Virus record (IMG/VR): IMGVR_UViG_3300020474_001671
Span: 1 to 61,945 of that record
DNA length: 61,945 bases
Direction: 5' to 3' (one strand)
From: a virus
Lineage: Duplodnaviria > Caudoviricetes
Of the stretch, positions 27,271 to 34,493 are shown in pieces; position 1 is the first letter of the stretch, and every line of letters starts with the position of its first letter. Both the position numbers and the translations under genes were made by a program. The notes under the pieces were generated by a model. The model saw nothing but the letters and a program-made list of their open reading frames with translations, was not told the DNA's origin and ran no database searches.

Positions 27271-27309
27271 AGTTCTTTCAATAAATAATGTCATTATTAA
27301 ATATTATTC

Positions 27310-27981
27310 ATGAAAAAAATTATTGCATCTCTGGTTGCTGCGGCAGCGGTTGCCCTACCTGCCCTTTCAGACCCCCTAAAAGATAATGAATTCAATACTA
27401 TGCACTCTATGGGTTGTATGTTACTTCGAGAGTGTACAGATGGAATTAATAAAGTCAAAAATATCTCTAATATTTCTGATGAGTATTCCTATAATGATTA
27501 TACTATTGTTGCTGATGAGTTCAACTCAATGCTCATTGCCTTGGAGCAAGTTGGAGTTGGGGTGTTTCTAGCAGAATCAAAGTACTTTCCTGTTGGTAAT
27601 CGTGGTGTTTACCATACTGTTGGTAATAACATCTTTTTGAATAAGGATTACATGGATAGTAATGCTTTCTTGATGCAAGTAATGAGGCATGAAGGATGGC
27701 ACGCTGCACAAGATTGTATGGCAGGAACTATTGAAAATAGTTTAATTGCTATCATCAAACCAGAGGATGAAGTTCCTATAATATGGCGTGTTATGGCAGA
27801 GAGAACTTATCCAAAATCTGTTGTTCCATGGGAAGCAGAAGCAGGTTGGGCAGGTCGTACTGAAAAAATGACTATGGAGGCACTTCAAGCATGTGCTTCC
27901 GATACTCCTATGTGGGAAGTATATGAACCTACTCCTTTAACCCGTGAGTACTTGGTCAAAGAAGGTTACATTACTAAATAA
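27310..27981 (+). CDS. Secreted protein with HExxH zinc-metallopeptidase motif
   Basis: Signal peptide; MRHEGWHAAQD and downstream WEAEA. Confidence 0.7.
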   Translation: MKKIIASLVAAAAVALPALSDPLKDNEFNTMHSMGCMLLRECTDGINKVKNISNISDEYSYNDYTIVADEFNSMLIALEQVGVGVFLAESKYFPVGNRGVYHTVGNNIFLNKDYMDSNAFLMQVMRHEGWHAAQDCMAGTIENSLIAIIKPEDEVPIIWRVMAERTYPKSVVPWEAEAGWAGRTEKMTMEALQACASDTPMWEVYEPTPLTREYLVKEGYITK

Positions 27982-28074
27982 TATCATCCTAAACAGATAA
28001 CCTACCAAGAAGAGTTTTGTGAAACCTCTTGTGTTATAATGGTGAACTCTTTGTTGGATAACAAAAAATCAAGT

Positions 28075-28269
28075 ATGACATCTTTAACTAGAGATATACT
28101 AATCAAGACTATCGTTGCCGAAGAAATGAAACTGTGCGATAGTTCTGATTATAAAGAACAATTACAAAAAACATATCACAAATGGGAACATGAATCCAGT
28201 GATAGATTGTGCCAAAAATTTAACCAAATAGAGAAAACAAGTATCACAGTTGACCTTTTGAAACCATAA
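28075..28269 (+). CDS. Hypothetical protein
   Basis: TGTTATAAT extended -10 upstream. Confidence 0.55.
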   Translation: MTSLTRDILIKTIVAEEMKLCDSSDYKEQLQKTYHKWEHESSDRLCQKFNQIEKTSITVDLLKP

Positions 28270-28293
28270 ATATAAGAACCCTGCTGGTTTTTA

Positions 28294-28752
28294 ATGGAAG
28301 AAGAAGTTAAGAATCAAGAAATAAAAAATAAAAATATTTTTAAAAAACTTAAAGAATCTGTTGATGATAAAGAAGAACAATTAGAGATATTATCAACTTT
28401 TGTTCGACTTGCTATTTTAGTATGGAGTGGTGGAATACTTACACTTGCGTATATTAAGTTACCTGCTGCTTTAGGTATTCCTGAACAGAAACTCGATCCC
28501 ACCTTTATTGCCAGTGTGTTTACTGGGGTTTTGGCAACCTTTGGTGTTCAGGCAGCAAAGAAAGCAGGAGAAAGTGGTGGTAATGGTGGTGGAATTAGTA
28601 AAGAAGATCTTGAAAAATTAATTGATGCTGCCGCACAAACTGCACCTGCTCAAACAATAAGAGTTGAGCAAGGTCCAATTAGAATTGCAAATGGTGAACC
28701 AATAGTTAAACCTGTACCAACAGATCCTCCTCAACCTCCTTATTCTTTATAG
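28294..28752 (+). CDS. Two-helix membrane protein
   Basis: VRLAILVWSGGILTLAY and DPTFIASVFTGVLATFGV; CATAAATA upstream. Confidence 0.75.
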   Translation: MEEEVKNQEIKNKNIFKKLKESVDDKEEQLEILSTFVRLAILVWSGGILTLAYIKLPAALGIPEQKLDPTFIASVFTGVLATFGVQAAKKAGESGGNGGGISKEDLEKLIDAAAQTAPAQTIRVEQGPIRIANGEPIVKPVPTDPPQPPYSL

Positions 28753-28755
28753 TAA

Positions 28756-28965
28756 ATGAATTTATTATTGCGTCCACTTGATAATGTTGCCGATCCTGTG
28801 TGGTCAGTAATTATTCTAGTAATTATTGCTGTTGGATTAGCATTAGGTTATGTTATATACATACTAAATATATCATCTAAGGAGATGAACGATGGGGCAG
28901 ATGACACCACCGAGCAGGAAGAGTTGTTACAACTTCCGAGTGACGGAGATCAATCGTGTCCTTGA
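28756..28965 (+). CDS. Small membrane protein
   Basis: PVWSVIILVIIAVGLALGYVIYIL. Confidence 0.6.
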   Translation: MNLLLRPLDNVADPVWSVIILVIIAVGLALGYVIYILNISSKEMNDGADDTTEQEELLQLPSDGDQSCP

Positions 28966-29353
28966 TGGTGATACTATTGATGTTACTATCGACCTCGGGT
29001 TTGATCTATACAAGAAAGAAAGAGTTAGAGTTGCAGGAGTTGATACACCGGAAAAGAGGACGAAGAACTTAGAGGAGAAGGCACTTGGAATCGACGCAAC
29101 CAACTGGCTTAAAGAAAAGTTGGAGAGTACTATCGCTGGTGATGATGAGTTGTCTGTTAGGACTGAACTTGTTGGTGGGGTCGGTAAATATGGTCGCCTT
29201 CTCGGTTGGTTATATATTGGGGACGACTTGGTGTCCCTCAACGAACAAATGATTACCGAAGGATATGCTCATGCATATGATGGAGGTACTAAAGATATGA
29301 ACCTTGAAGCACTTCGTGAAATTCGTAGAGCACACGGCACATTAGTGGACTAA
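28892..29353 (+). CDS. Thermonuclease (SNase-like) family nuclease
   Basis: RVLDGDTID, RVRVAGVDTPE, GKYGRLLG, NEQMITEGYA. Confidence 0.9.
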   Translation: MGQMTPPSRKSCYNFRVTEINRVLDGDTIDVTIDLGFDLYKKERVRVAGVDTPEKRTKNLEEKALGIDATNWLKEKLESTIAGDDELSVRTELVGGVGKYGRLLGWLYIGDDLVSLNEQMITEGYAHAYDGGTKDMNLEALREIRRAHGTLVD

Positions 29354-29649
29354 TGGAAAACGATAAACATGTATCTGTATCTGATGATTCAAAAGTAGCA
29401 ATACCACTCAGAAACCTTATCAGTATCTTAGGTGCCGTTGCTGTATCTACCTGGGCATACTATGGTGTTATTGAAAGACTTAACTCTTTAGAAAGCACTG
29501 TTAATAGTCATTGGGAAGAGATTGAAGAAAATGATGATTGGATTGATGGGTTTGAACCACCTAAGGCAGTTCAAGATACTGTGGAAAGAGTTAGACAACT
29601 GGAACTCAGACTGGTTAAAATAGAAACTATTATTAATATGGGGAAGTAA
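29353..29649 (+). CDS. Membrane-anchored coiled-coil hypothetical protein
   Basis: IPLRNLISILGAVAVSTWAYY. Confidence 0.65.
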   Translation: MENDKHVSVSDDSKVAIPLRNLISILGAVAVSTWAYYGVIERLNSLESTVNSHWEEIEENDDWIDGFEPPKAVQDTVERVRQLELRLVKIETIINMGK

Positions 29650-29650
29650 A

Positions 29651-29740
29651 ATGATGAGTGGTTTATTTGTATTTGGATTTATTACTTTATTAACTTATAC
29701 ACTACATATTACATGGCCTATAAAAAAAGGTAAAAATTAA
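29651..29740 (+). CDS. Micro-ORF, 29-aa membrane peptide
   Basis: MMSGLFVFGFITLLTYTLHITWPIKKGKN fills gap. Confidence 0.4.
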   Translation: MMSGLFVFGFITLLTYTLHITWPIKKGKN

Positions 29741-29741
29741 A

Positions 29742-30011
29742 ATGCAAAAATTAATTAACGGAATCGCATTACTTTCGGGACTTGTAACACTATCCATTGT
29801 TGGTGCCGGAGCATATCTTTATCTCAATAAGGATGCAATGATTGAGCAAGTAAAGGAACAAGCAACAGAACAAATTACTAAAACAATTACGGAAGCACTT
29901 CCTGGTATGATTAATTCTTCACTACCAGAAATGCCTAGTATGACTGGTAATGTCCTTCCAGAATCTTCTCAATCAGTTCCTCCGATGACTGGTGGAGCAT
30001 TGCCTTTCTGA
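29742..30011 (+). CDS. Membrane-anchored hypothetical protein
   Basis: N-terminal TM helix, Pro-rich tail. Confidence 0.7.
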   Translation: MQKLINGIALLSGLVTLSIVGAGAYLYLNKDAMIEQVKEQATEQITKTITEALPGMINSSLPEMPSMTGNVLPESSQSVPPMTGGALPF

Positions 30012-30058
30012 AAACTTTATGAGAATTGTTAAATATATAATAGTAGATGTGAATTCGT

Positions 30059-30190
30059 ATGACTGTTTCTAATTCGAAAAGAAAAAGATCAACTGTAAAG
30101 AAAAAATCTGATAATGAAAATAGATTTTTTCTTTATGTGATTTTTTATCACTTGTTTACAGGTATTGCTGGAATTTTTAAGAATGATTGA
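30059..30190 (+). CDS. Small hypothetical protein (43 aa)
   Basis: Basic N-terminus then hydrophobic helix; TGATG coupling. Confidence 0.4.
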   Translation: MTVSNSKRKRSTVKKKSDNENRFFLYVIFYHLFTGIAGIFKND

Positions 30191-30897
30191 TGGAGAATAT
30201 TCCTAATATTGATATTGGTATACGTCCGATATTCATAAGACCGATTGGAACTATGGATATTCCTAAGTATGTGATTGCACCATCACAATCAATACCAACT
30301 GCTGTACCTGTAACAGTTCAACTTGGTGTTCCTATTGTCAATCTTCCTGGATGTGTAGAATCTAATAAGGAAAATAATCCAAAGAATACTGCTCTTATTC
30401 AAGATGATCCGAATGGAACATTAACTTTTTGTGATGGATCATTACCATCATATAAACCTATAGATTTTAATGCTGAAGAATATCTTCAACCATCAAAAGC
30501 ACCTGTCCCTCCTTATAAACCTCCGGAGACAGATTTTAAATCACCCCAAATTAAACCACCTATTATACCCAAAACTGAAATACCTGTAATTACGACTGAA
30601 GAAAAAGAAGAACCTGTAATAGAAGAAACTGTTAATATCGTAGATTACTTACCTCCATTAGAAGCAGTTGTATCAACTACTGTTATTGCTGCTGCTGCGG
30701 CAACTAGTGCATTAGTTGCTAGACCATTAGCAAATTTTCTTTTGAAAATTATTAGACCTGTTGTTAAGAAATTAATTAAAACTACTTCTACTAAATTGGG
30801 TAAAGAAGAAGTTATATTAAGTGTCGTTGAACGAAGAGAAGTTCAAAGAGAGAAAAGTGAAGCAGTGAGAGCAATTAGGAAATTAAGGGGACGTTGA
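30190..30897 (+). CDS. Pro-rich hypothetical protein with C-terminal hydrophobic helix
   Basis: PIVNLPGCVE...CDGSLPSY; TTVIAAAAATSAL. Confidence 0.7.
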   Translation: MENIPNIDIGIRPIFIRPIGTMDIPKYVIAPSQSIPTAVPVTVQLGVPIVNLPGCVESNKENNPKNTALIQDDPNGTLTFCDGSLPSYKPIDFNAEEYLQPSKAPVPPYKPPETDFKSPQIKPPIIPKTEIPVITTEEKEEPVIEETVNIVDYLPPLEAVVSTTVIAAAAATSALVARPLANFLLKIIRPVVKKLIKTTSTKLGKEEVILSVVERREVQREKSEAVRAIRKLRGR

Positions 30898-31731
30898 TAT
30901 AGTACCACCAAGATCTTCTGCTTTCTTTGATACTGGTGATGGAATAGAATGTTTATGTTGTGGAATTACTCCGCCTGGATTAGTGACTATAATATCTGCA
31001 CACACTGAGTAATACGGACTTTTGGGGTGGAAATAAATTCCTTGTTTCTTAAGTTCTCCACAATTCTTAAGTCTGGCAATTTCAAAGTCTAATCTTTTAT
31101 TTGCAATCATTTGTTGCTGCATTTCAATTTGAGTTGCAACTGCTTCTTTACATTGATTTTGTAATTTACTATCTAATGGTTTAGACCAAGTAGCAGAAAA
31201 TCCAAGACTCAAACTATAGTTATCTTTCTGTCCTGTTCTTATTGGAACTTGGTATAATATATTTCCAGGATTATCTAAAGAACCATCTTCATTAAGGTCT
31301 CTTAAATCATACACTGGGTCATCATAAAAATCTTCAAATGGTTTCTGTGCTGATACGGCACCTGTTACATAGGGTGTAAAGTTGAGAGTGGGACCTTGAC
31401 ATTGTATACCTCCACCGTAGGTGTTTGTAATGTAAGGTCCCTGAAGGACTTGTATAGCCTGGTTTGTAACGGAACCTGAAGAGTTAGCAACAGGAGCAGC
31501 AGTAGCAGAGACACCACCAACAGTTTCAGCATAAGAAGGAGTTGCAAATAATAATGTAATTACTGGGAGAAGATACTTGTAGTAGTTGTAACGCTGTCTA
31601 ATTCTGTTGTTCTTTGTATGATTGTTTGATTTGAAATTCCAGGACCTTGATAGGTTTCTGTAAATTGAAATGCCTGTCCTGGTTTTGTTACTGACCAGTT
31701 GGGTTTGTTGTTTAGATTTAGATTCGTCCAT
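30883..31731 (-). CDS. Secreted hypothetical protein (true start unresolved)
   Basis: Signal-like KYLLPVITLLFATPSYA near 31580; only upstream ATG is 31731. Confidence 0.7.
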   Translation of the reverse strand: MDESKSKQQTQLVSNKTRTGISIYRNLSRSWNFKSNNHTKNNRIRQRYNYYKYLLPVITLLFATPSYAETVGGVSATAAPVANSSGSVTNQAIQVLQGPYITNTYGGGIQCQGPTLNFTPYVTGAVSAQKPFEDFYDDPVYDLRDLNEDGSLDNPGNILYQVPIRTGQKDNYSLSLGFSATWSKPLDSKLQNQCKEAVATQIEMQQQMIANKRLDFEIARLKNCGELKKQGIYFHPKSPYYSVCADIIVTNPGGVIPQHKHSIPSPVSKKAEDLGGTISTSP

Positions 31732-32003
31732 GATGAAGTCACCCCATCGATGTTATTAGGTGTAGAACTAGTTCCTGGTGTTATACTAGAACCATCCATT
31801 TGGACATTGGTTCCAGTTACACTATATTGGTATCCTGTATTATAATTTATAGAATTTATAGTTTCACTTACTGTAGTTTTTGTTTCTGTTGTGGATGTTT
31901 GGGATCCTTGTGTGAAATTAGGAACAACTGGGACTGCTCCTACTGGTTGAAGCAGTCCATGTATAATACCTAAAATTAAACCCAATCCAATTGATTCTCT
32001 CAT
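31560..32003 (-). CDS. Secreted Thr/Ser-rich protein
   Basis: Signal peptide; AVPVVPNFTQGS. Confidence 0.75.
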   Translation of the reverse strand: MRESIGLGLILGIIHGLLQPVGAVPVVPNFTQGSQTSTTETKTTVSETINSINYNTGYQYSVTGTNVQMDGSSITPGTSSTPNNIDGVTSSWTNLNLNNKPNWSVTKPGQAFQFTETYQGPGISNQTIIQRTTELDSVTTTTSIFSQ

Positions 32004-32506
32004 TATCTTATTGTAATTTCAGATACAAACTGTCCTGTTGCACTTGTTCCTGCACCACCGGCAGTTAGAGTTCCGATAGCACCAGAAGAATCAATAGAAC
32101 CTGCAAGAGTTCCTGCAACACCACCGGCAGTTGTAGTAACTTCTCCATAAGCAGGGAGAGAACCTACAACACCTGAAGTAACATCTGTTCCAGAGTTGAT
32201 TACATTAACGGCATCTCCTTGTGTAAATGCCTCAGTGAAGGTGATTGCTGCACCATCGTTTGTTTGTGTATATGTGCCAGCATTCATTGTTGCAGCATCT
32301 GTTGCACCTGCTGGTGCTGTGAGACCACCAAGAGTTGCTGAAACATTACTACCACTTACGGAGTATGAACTTCCAATTCTTGTTGCTTGTGATGCTGCTG
32401 CATCAACAGTTAATTGAACACTTGAAGATAATCTACTTGTAATATCGGCATGTGCTGAAGGTGCCATCAAAAACATAATACCAAAAAACAGCAGAGATTT
32501 TTTCAT
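32003..32506 (-). CDS. Secreted Gly/Ala/Thr-rich protein
   Basis: MKKSLLFFGIMFLMAPSAHA signal peptide; TAATG coupling to next gene. Confidence 0.75.
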   Translation of the reverse strand: MKKSLLFFGIMFLMAPSAHADITSRLSSSVQLTVDAAASQATRIGSSYSVSGSNVSATLGGLTAPAGATDAATMNAGTYTQTNDGAAITFTEAFTQGDAVNVINSGTDVTSGVVGSLPAYGEVTTTAGGVAGTLAGSIDSSGAIGTLTAGGAGTSATGQFVSEITIR

Positions 32507-32530
32507 TTTTCGATGCAATTGTTTTACAAT

Positions 32531-32546
32531 TATTTAGTTATAAATA
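32531..32546. promoter_or_regulatory. Back-to-back late promoters
   Basis: CTAAATA on minus strand (32531-32537) and TATAAATA on plus strand (32539-32546). Confidence 0.65.
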
Positions 32547-32569
32547 ATGTGAAACAAAAATGATATGAA

Positions 32570-32782
32570 ATGAACGAACAGCAAAATCACCTTTCGCAAT
32601 TATTGGAACAGAGAAATAATCTTGCATCTAAGTTAGAAAATATTAATAGTGAATCTACAAGAACAAGAGAACTGATGTTTAAAACTCAGGGTGCTATTGA
32701 GTATCTGGAGGCAACCGGAGTCAAATTGCCGGAACCTGAACCAGAAGCAGAAGTGTCTGAGACGGAAGTCGTAGAGGGTTGA
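32570..32782 (+). CDS. Coiled-coil hypothetical protein
   Basis: QQNHLSQLLEQR...KTQGAIEYL. Confidence 0.7.
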   Translation: MNEQQNHLSQLLEQRNNLASKLENINSESTRTRELMFKTQGAIEYLEATGVKLPEPEPEAEVSETEVVEG

Positions 32783-32807
32783 CGCACAGACCATAAGGAA
32801 TTATAAT
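32779..32807 (+). promoter_or_regulatory. Sigma70 promoter of tRNA cluster
   Basis: TTGACG N17 TATAAT. Confidence 0.8.
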
Positions 32808-32821
32808 ATGAGGGTACACAT

Positions 32822-32923
32822 ATGTGGAGGGGACACAGACGCTAGAGAAAAGGCATTTTCTCATTACAGTAGTAGTTAGTTCCGTAAAGGAGGGTCGGGA
32901 ATCTGTATACCCCGCCTCCACGT
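32822..32923 (+). ncRNA. Candidate structured ncRNA abutting tRNA-Arg
   Basis: atgtggag-ggg-acacaga pairs with tctgt-ata-cccc-gc-ctccacgt; internal hairpin gagaaaa-ggca-ttttctc. Confidence 0.55.
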
Positions 32924-32997
32924 GGGCAAGTAGCTCAGATGGACAGAGCCACGCACTTCTAATGCGTTGGTCGGGGGTTCGAGTCCCTCCTTGCCTG
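32924..32997 (+). tRNA. trnR: tRNA-Arg(UCU)
   Basis: Acceptor gggcaag/cttgcct, anticodon arm acgca-cttctaa-tgcgt, GTTCGAG T-loop. Confidence 0.93.
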
Positions 32998-33006
32998 TCG
33001 TAGATG

Positions 33007-33014
33007 TATAAATA
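33007..33014 (+). promoter_or_regulatory. Late promoter inside palindrome
   Basis: gtagatgtat-aa-atatatctac containing TATAAATA. Confidence 0.55.
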
Positions 33015-33028
33015 TATCTACTTTACAA

Positions 33029-33102
33029 TCCCCTGTAGCTCAATCAGGCAGAGCACGAAGCTGTTAACTTTGGGGTTACTGGTTCGATTCCAGTCGGGGG
33101 AG
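33029..33102 (+). tRNA. trnN: tRNA-Asn(GUU)
   Basis: tcccctg/cggggga acceptor, cgaag-ctgttaa-ctttg anticodon arm, GTTCGATT. Confidence 0.92.
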
Positions 33103-33104
33103 TT

Positions 33105-33180
33105 GCCAGTGTAGCTCAGTTGGTAGAGCAGGGTACTTGTAATACTCAGGTCGGGCGTTCAAATCGTCTCACTGGCTCCA
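33105..33180 (+). tRNA. trnT: tRNA-Thr(UGU), CCA encoded
   Basis: gccagtg/cactggc acceptor, gggta-cttgtaa-tactc, GTTCAAAT. Confidence 0.94.
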
Positions 33181-33253
33181 GGGGTTTTAGCTCAGTTGGT
33201 AGAGCGCCTGCTTTGCAAGCAGGATGTCATCGGTTCGAGTCCGATATTCTCCA
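33181..33253 (+). tRNA. trnA: tRNA-Ala(UGC)
   Basis: cctgc-tttgcaa-gcagg anticodon arm, G3-U70; acceptor stem has two U-U mismatches. Confidence 0.88.
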
Positions 33254-33254
33254 C

Positions 33255-33283
33255 TTGACAAGATTGAATTCTTGTCATATAAT
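33255..33283 (+). promoter_or_regulatory. Consensus sigma70 promoter with internal 8-bp inverted repeat
   Basis: TTGACA N17 TATAAT; tgacaaga-N6-tcttgtca. Confidence 0.85.
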
Positions 33284-33329
33284 ACTTCTTGTGTGAAGGA
33301 AGTGTGTCGGGAGAGTAATCTCCCACTAT

Positions 33330-33401
33330 GCGGGTGTAGTTCAGTGGTAGAACGTCAGCCTTCCAAGCTGAATGTCGTCGGTTCGAATCCGATCACCCGC
33401 T
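33330..33401 (+). tRNA. trnG: tRNA-Gly(UCC)
   Basis: gcgggtg/cacccgc acceptor, tcagc-cttccaa-gctga, GTTCGAATC. Confidence 0.94.
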
Positions 33402-33435
33402 TTCGGGTTATCCGAATACCCGAAAAAATGATGAG

Positions 33436-33443
33436 TATAAATA
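33436..33443 (+). promoter_or_regulatory. Late promoter inside palindrome GAGTAT-AA-ATACTC
   Basis: TATAAATA upstream of structured OMP leader. Confidence 0.65.
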
Positions 33444-33539
33444 CTCTGAAGTTACTCTGGTAACGAATTACAACAGAACCAGTCGAGGTTCTTAACATCT
33501 GCGGGTAACCATTCCGCAAGTAAAAAACGAGGAAAACAA

Positions 33540-33923
33540 ATGTTTAAAACGACTATCGCTGCAGCTGCCGCTGCAATTGCTCTTGCCCCTGCTGCCGCCC
33601 TAGCCGGACCCTATGTAAATGTAGAAACGAACGCTGGTTGGACCGGTGACGACTACACTGGTGCCGTTACCGATTTTGGAATCGGATATGAAGGTAATAT
33701 TGGTGATGGTGGTTCTGCCTGGTATATCCAGGGAGGCCCTGCACTAGTCTCTCCTGATGGTGAAGAAACTGAAACACGTTTCTCTGGTAAGGTTGGAGTA
33801 TCTGCTGCTCTTTCCAGTTCTGTCGGTGTATACGGAGAACTGAGTGCTTTAACTGCTGACACTGATCTTTCTTTCGATGATCTAAACGTTGGTGGTAAGT
33901 TGGGTCTTAAGTATTCCTTCTGA
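33540..33923 (+). CDS. Small outer-membrane beta-barrel protein
   Basis: Signal peptide, AGPYVNVE, amphipathic strands, terminal KYSF. Confidence 0.8.
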   Translation: MFKTTIAAAAAAIALAPAAALAGPYVNVETNAGWTGDDYTGAVTDFGIGYEGNIGDGGSAWYIQGGPALVSPDGEETETRFSGKVGVSAALSSSVGVYGELSALTADTDLSFDDLNVGGKLGLKYSF

Positions 33924-33954
33924 TCTTCTATATAAAATAAACATCTAGATGTTC

Positions 33955-33982
33955 GGAGATCCTGACGAGGGTCTCCTTTTTT
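33955..33982 (+). terminator. Intrinsic terminator
   Basis: ggagatcct-gacg-agggtctcc plus T6. Confidence 0.8.
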
Positions 33983-33991
33983 ATGCTTTGG

Positions 33992-34070
33992 TTTAGGGGT
34001 GGTTAAAATTAGTATAACCCACTCTATATACTGAGGTTTACTTTAAGTCAACTTAATTTTTACTTAAAGA
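33992..34070 (+). promoter_or_regulatory. Pho-box-like TTAA repeats with 10-11 bp period
   Basis: TTAA at 34043, 34053, 34064 and related half-sites at 33992, 34003, 34014; TATAAT at 34090; upstream of the pstS operon. Confidence 0.6.
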
Positions 34071-34126
34071 CAGATCTGAATGGGTCTGTTATAATAACCA
34101 AGTAATCACAAAACAAGAAAAAACAA

Positions 34127-34483
34127 ATGAAAGCATTCGCAGTTGCCCTGCTCGGTCTGGCGATCTCCGCCCCCGCCATGGCAGGTCCATATGTAGAGTC
34201 CAAGTCCGAGTTCAAAGGAACTGATGAGGAGTTCAGTAAGCAAGTCCACCAAGGACGTATAGGATATGAGTGGAAGACAGGAAACTTTGCTCCATACATC
34301 GAAGGTGGTGCTGGAGTATCTGTTCCTGATGGTGGTGAGCAAGAAGGTTTTACTGCTCTTGAACTTGGTAGTAAAGTAAAGATCACTGATAATTTCAGTG
34401 CTTATGGTAAGTGGGAGAACATTTTCCAAGAAGATTCTACCCGAGATTGGAAAGTAGAAGTCGGCACCAAGTATAAGTTCTGA
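34127..34483 (+). CDS. Second small outer-membrane beta-barrel protein, co-transcribed with pstS
   Basis: Signal peptide, AGPYVE, terminal KYKF. Confidence 0.8.
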   Translation: MKAFAVALLGLAISAPAMAGPYVESKSEFKGTDEEFSKQVHQGRIGYEWKTGNFAPYIEGGAGVSVPDGGEQEGFTALELGSKVKITDNFSAYGKWENIFQEDSTRDWKVEVGTKYKF

Positions 34484-34493
34484 GCATTAGATA

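Noticed and set aside
28005-28057. Imperfect inverted repeat around an extended -10 box
   Set aside because: Short, AT-rich and imperfect; not enough to call a regulatory RNA
32822-32923. tmRNA piece, SRP RNA, ribozyme or pseudo-tRNA
   Set aside because: No T-loop/CCA end, no convincing SRP internal loop and no hammerhead core; left as unknown RNA
33224-33463. 79-aa ORF across tRNA-Ala and tRNA-Gly
   Set aside because: Overlaps two clear tRNA genes and a promoter
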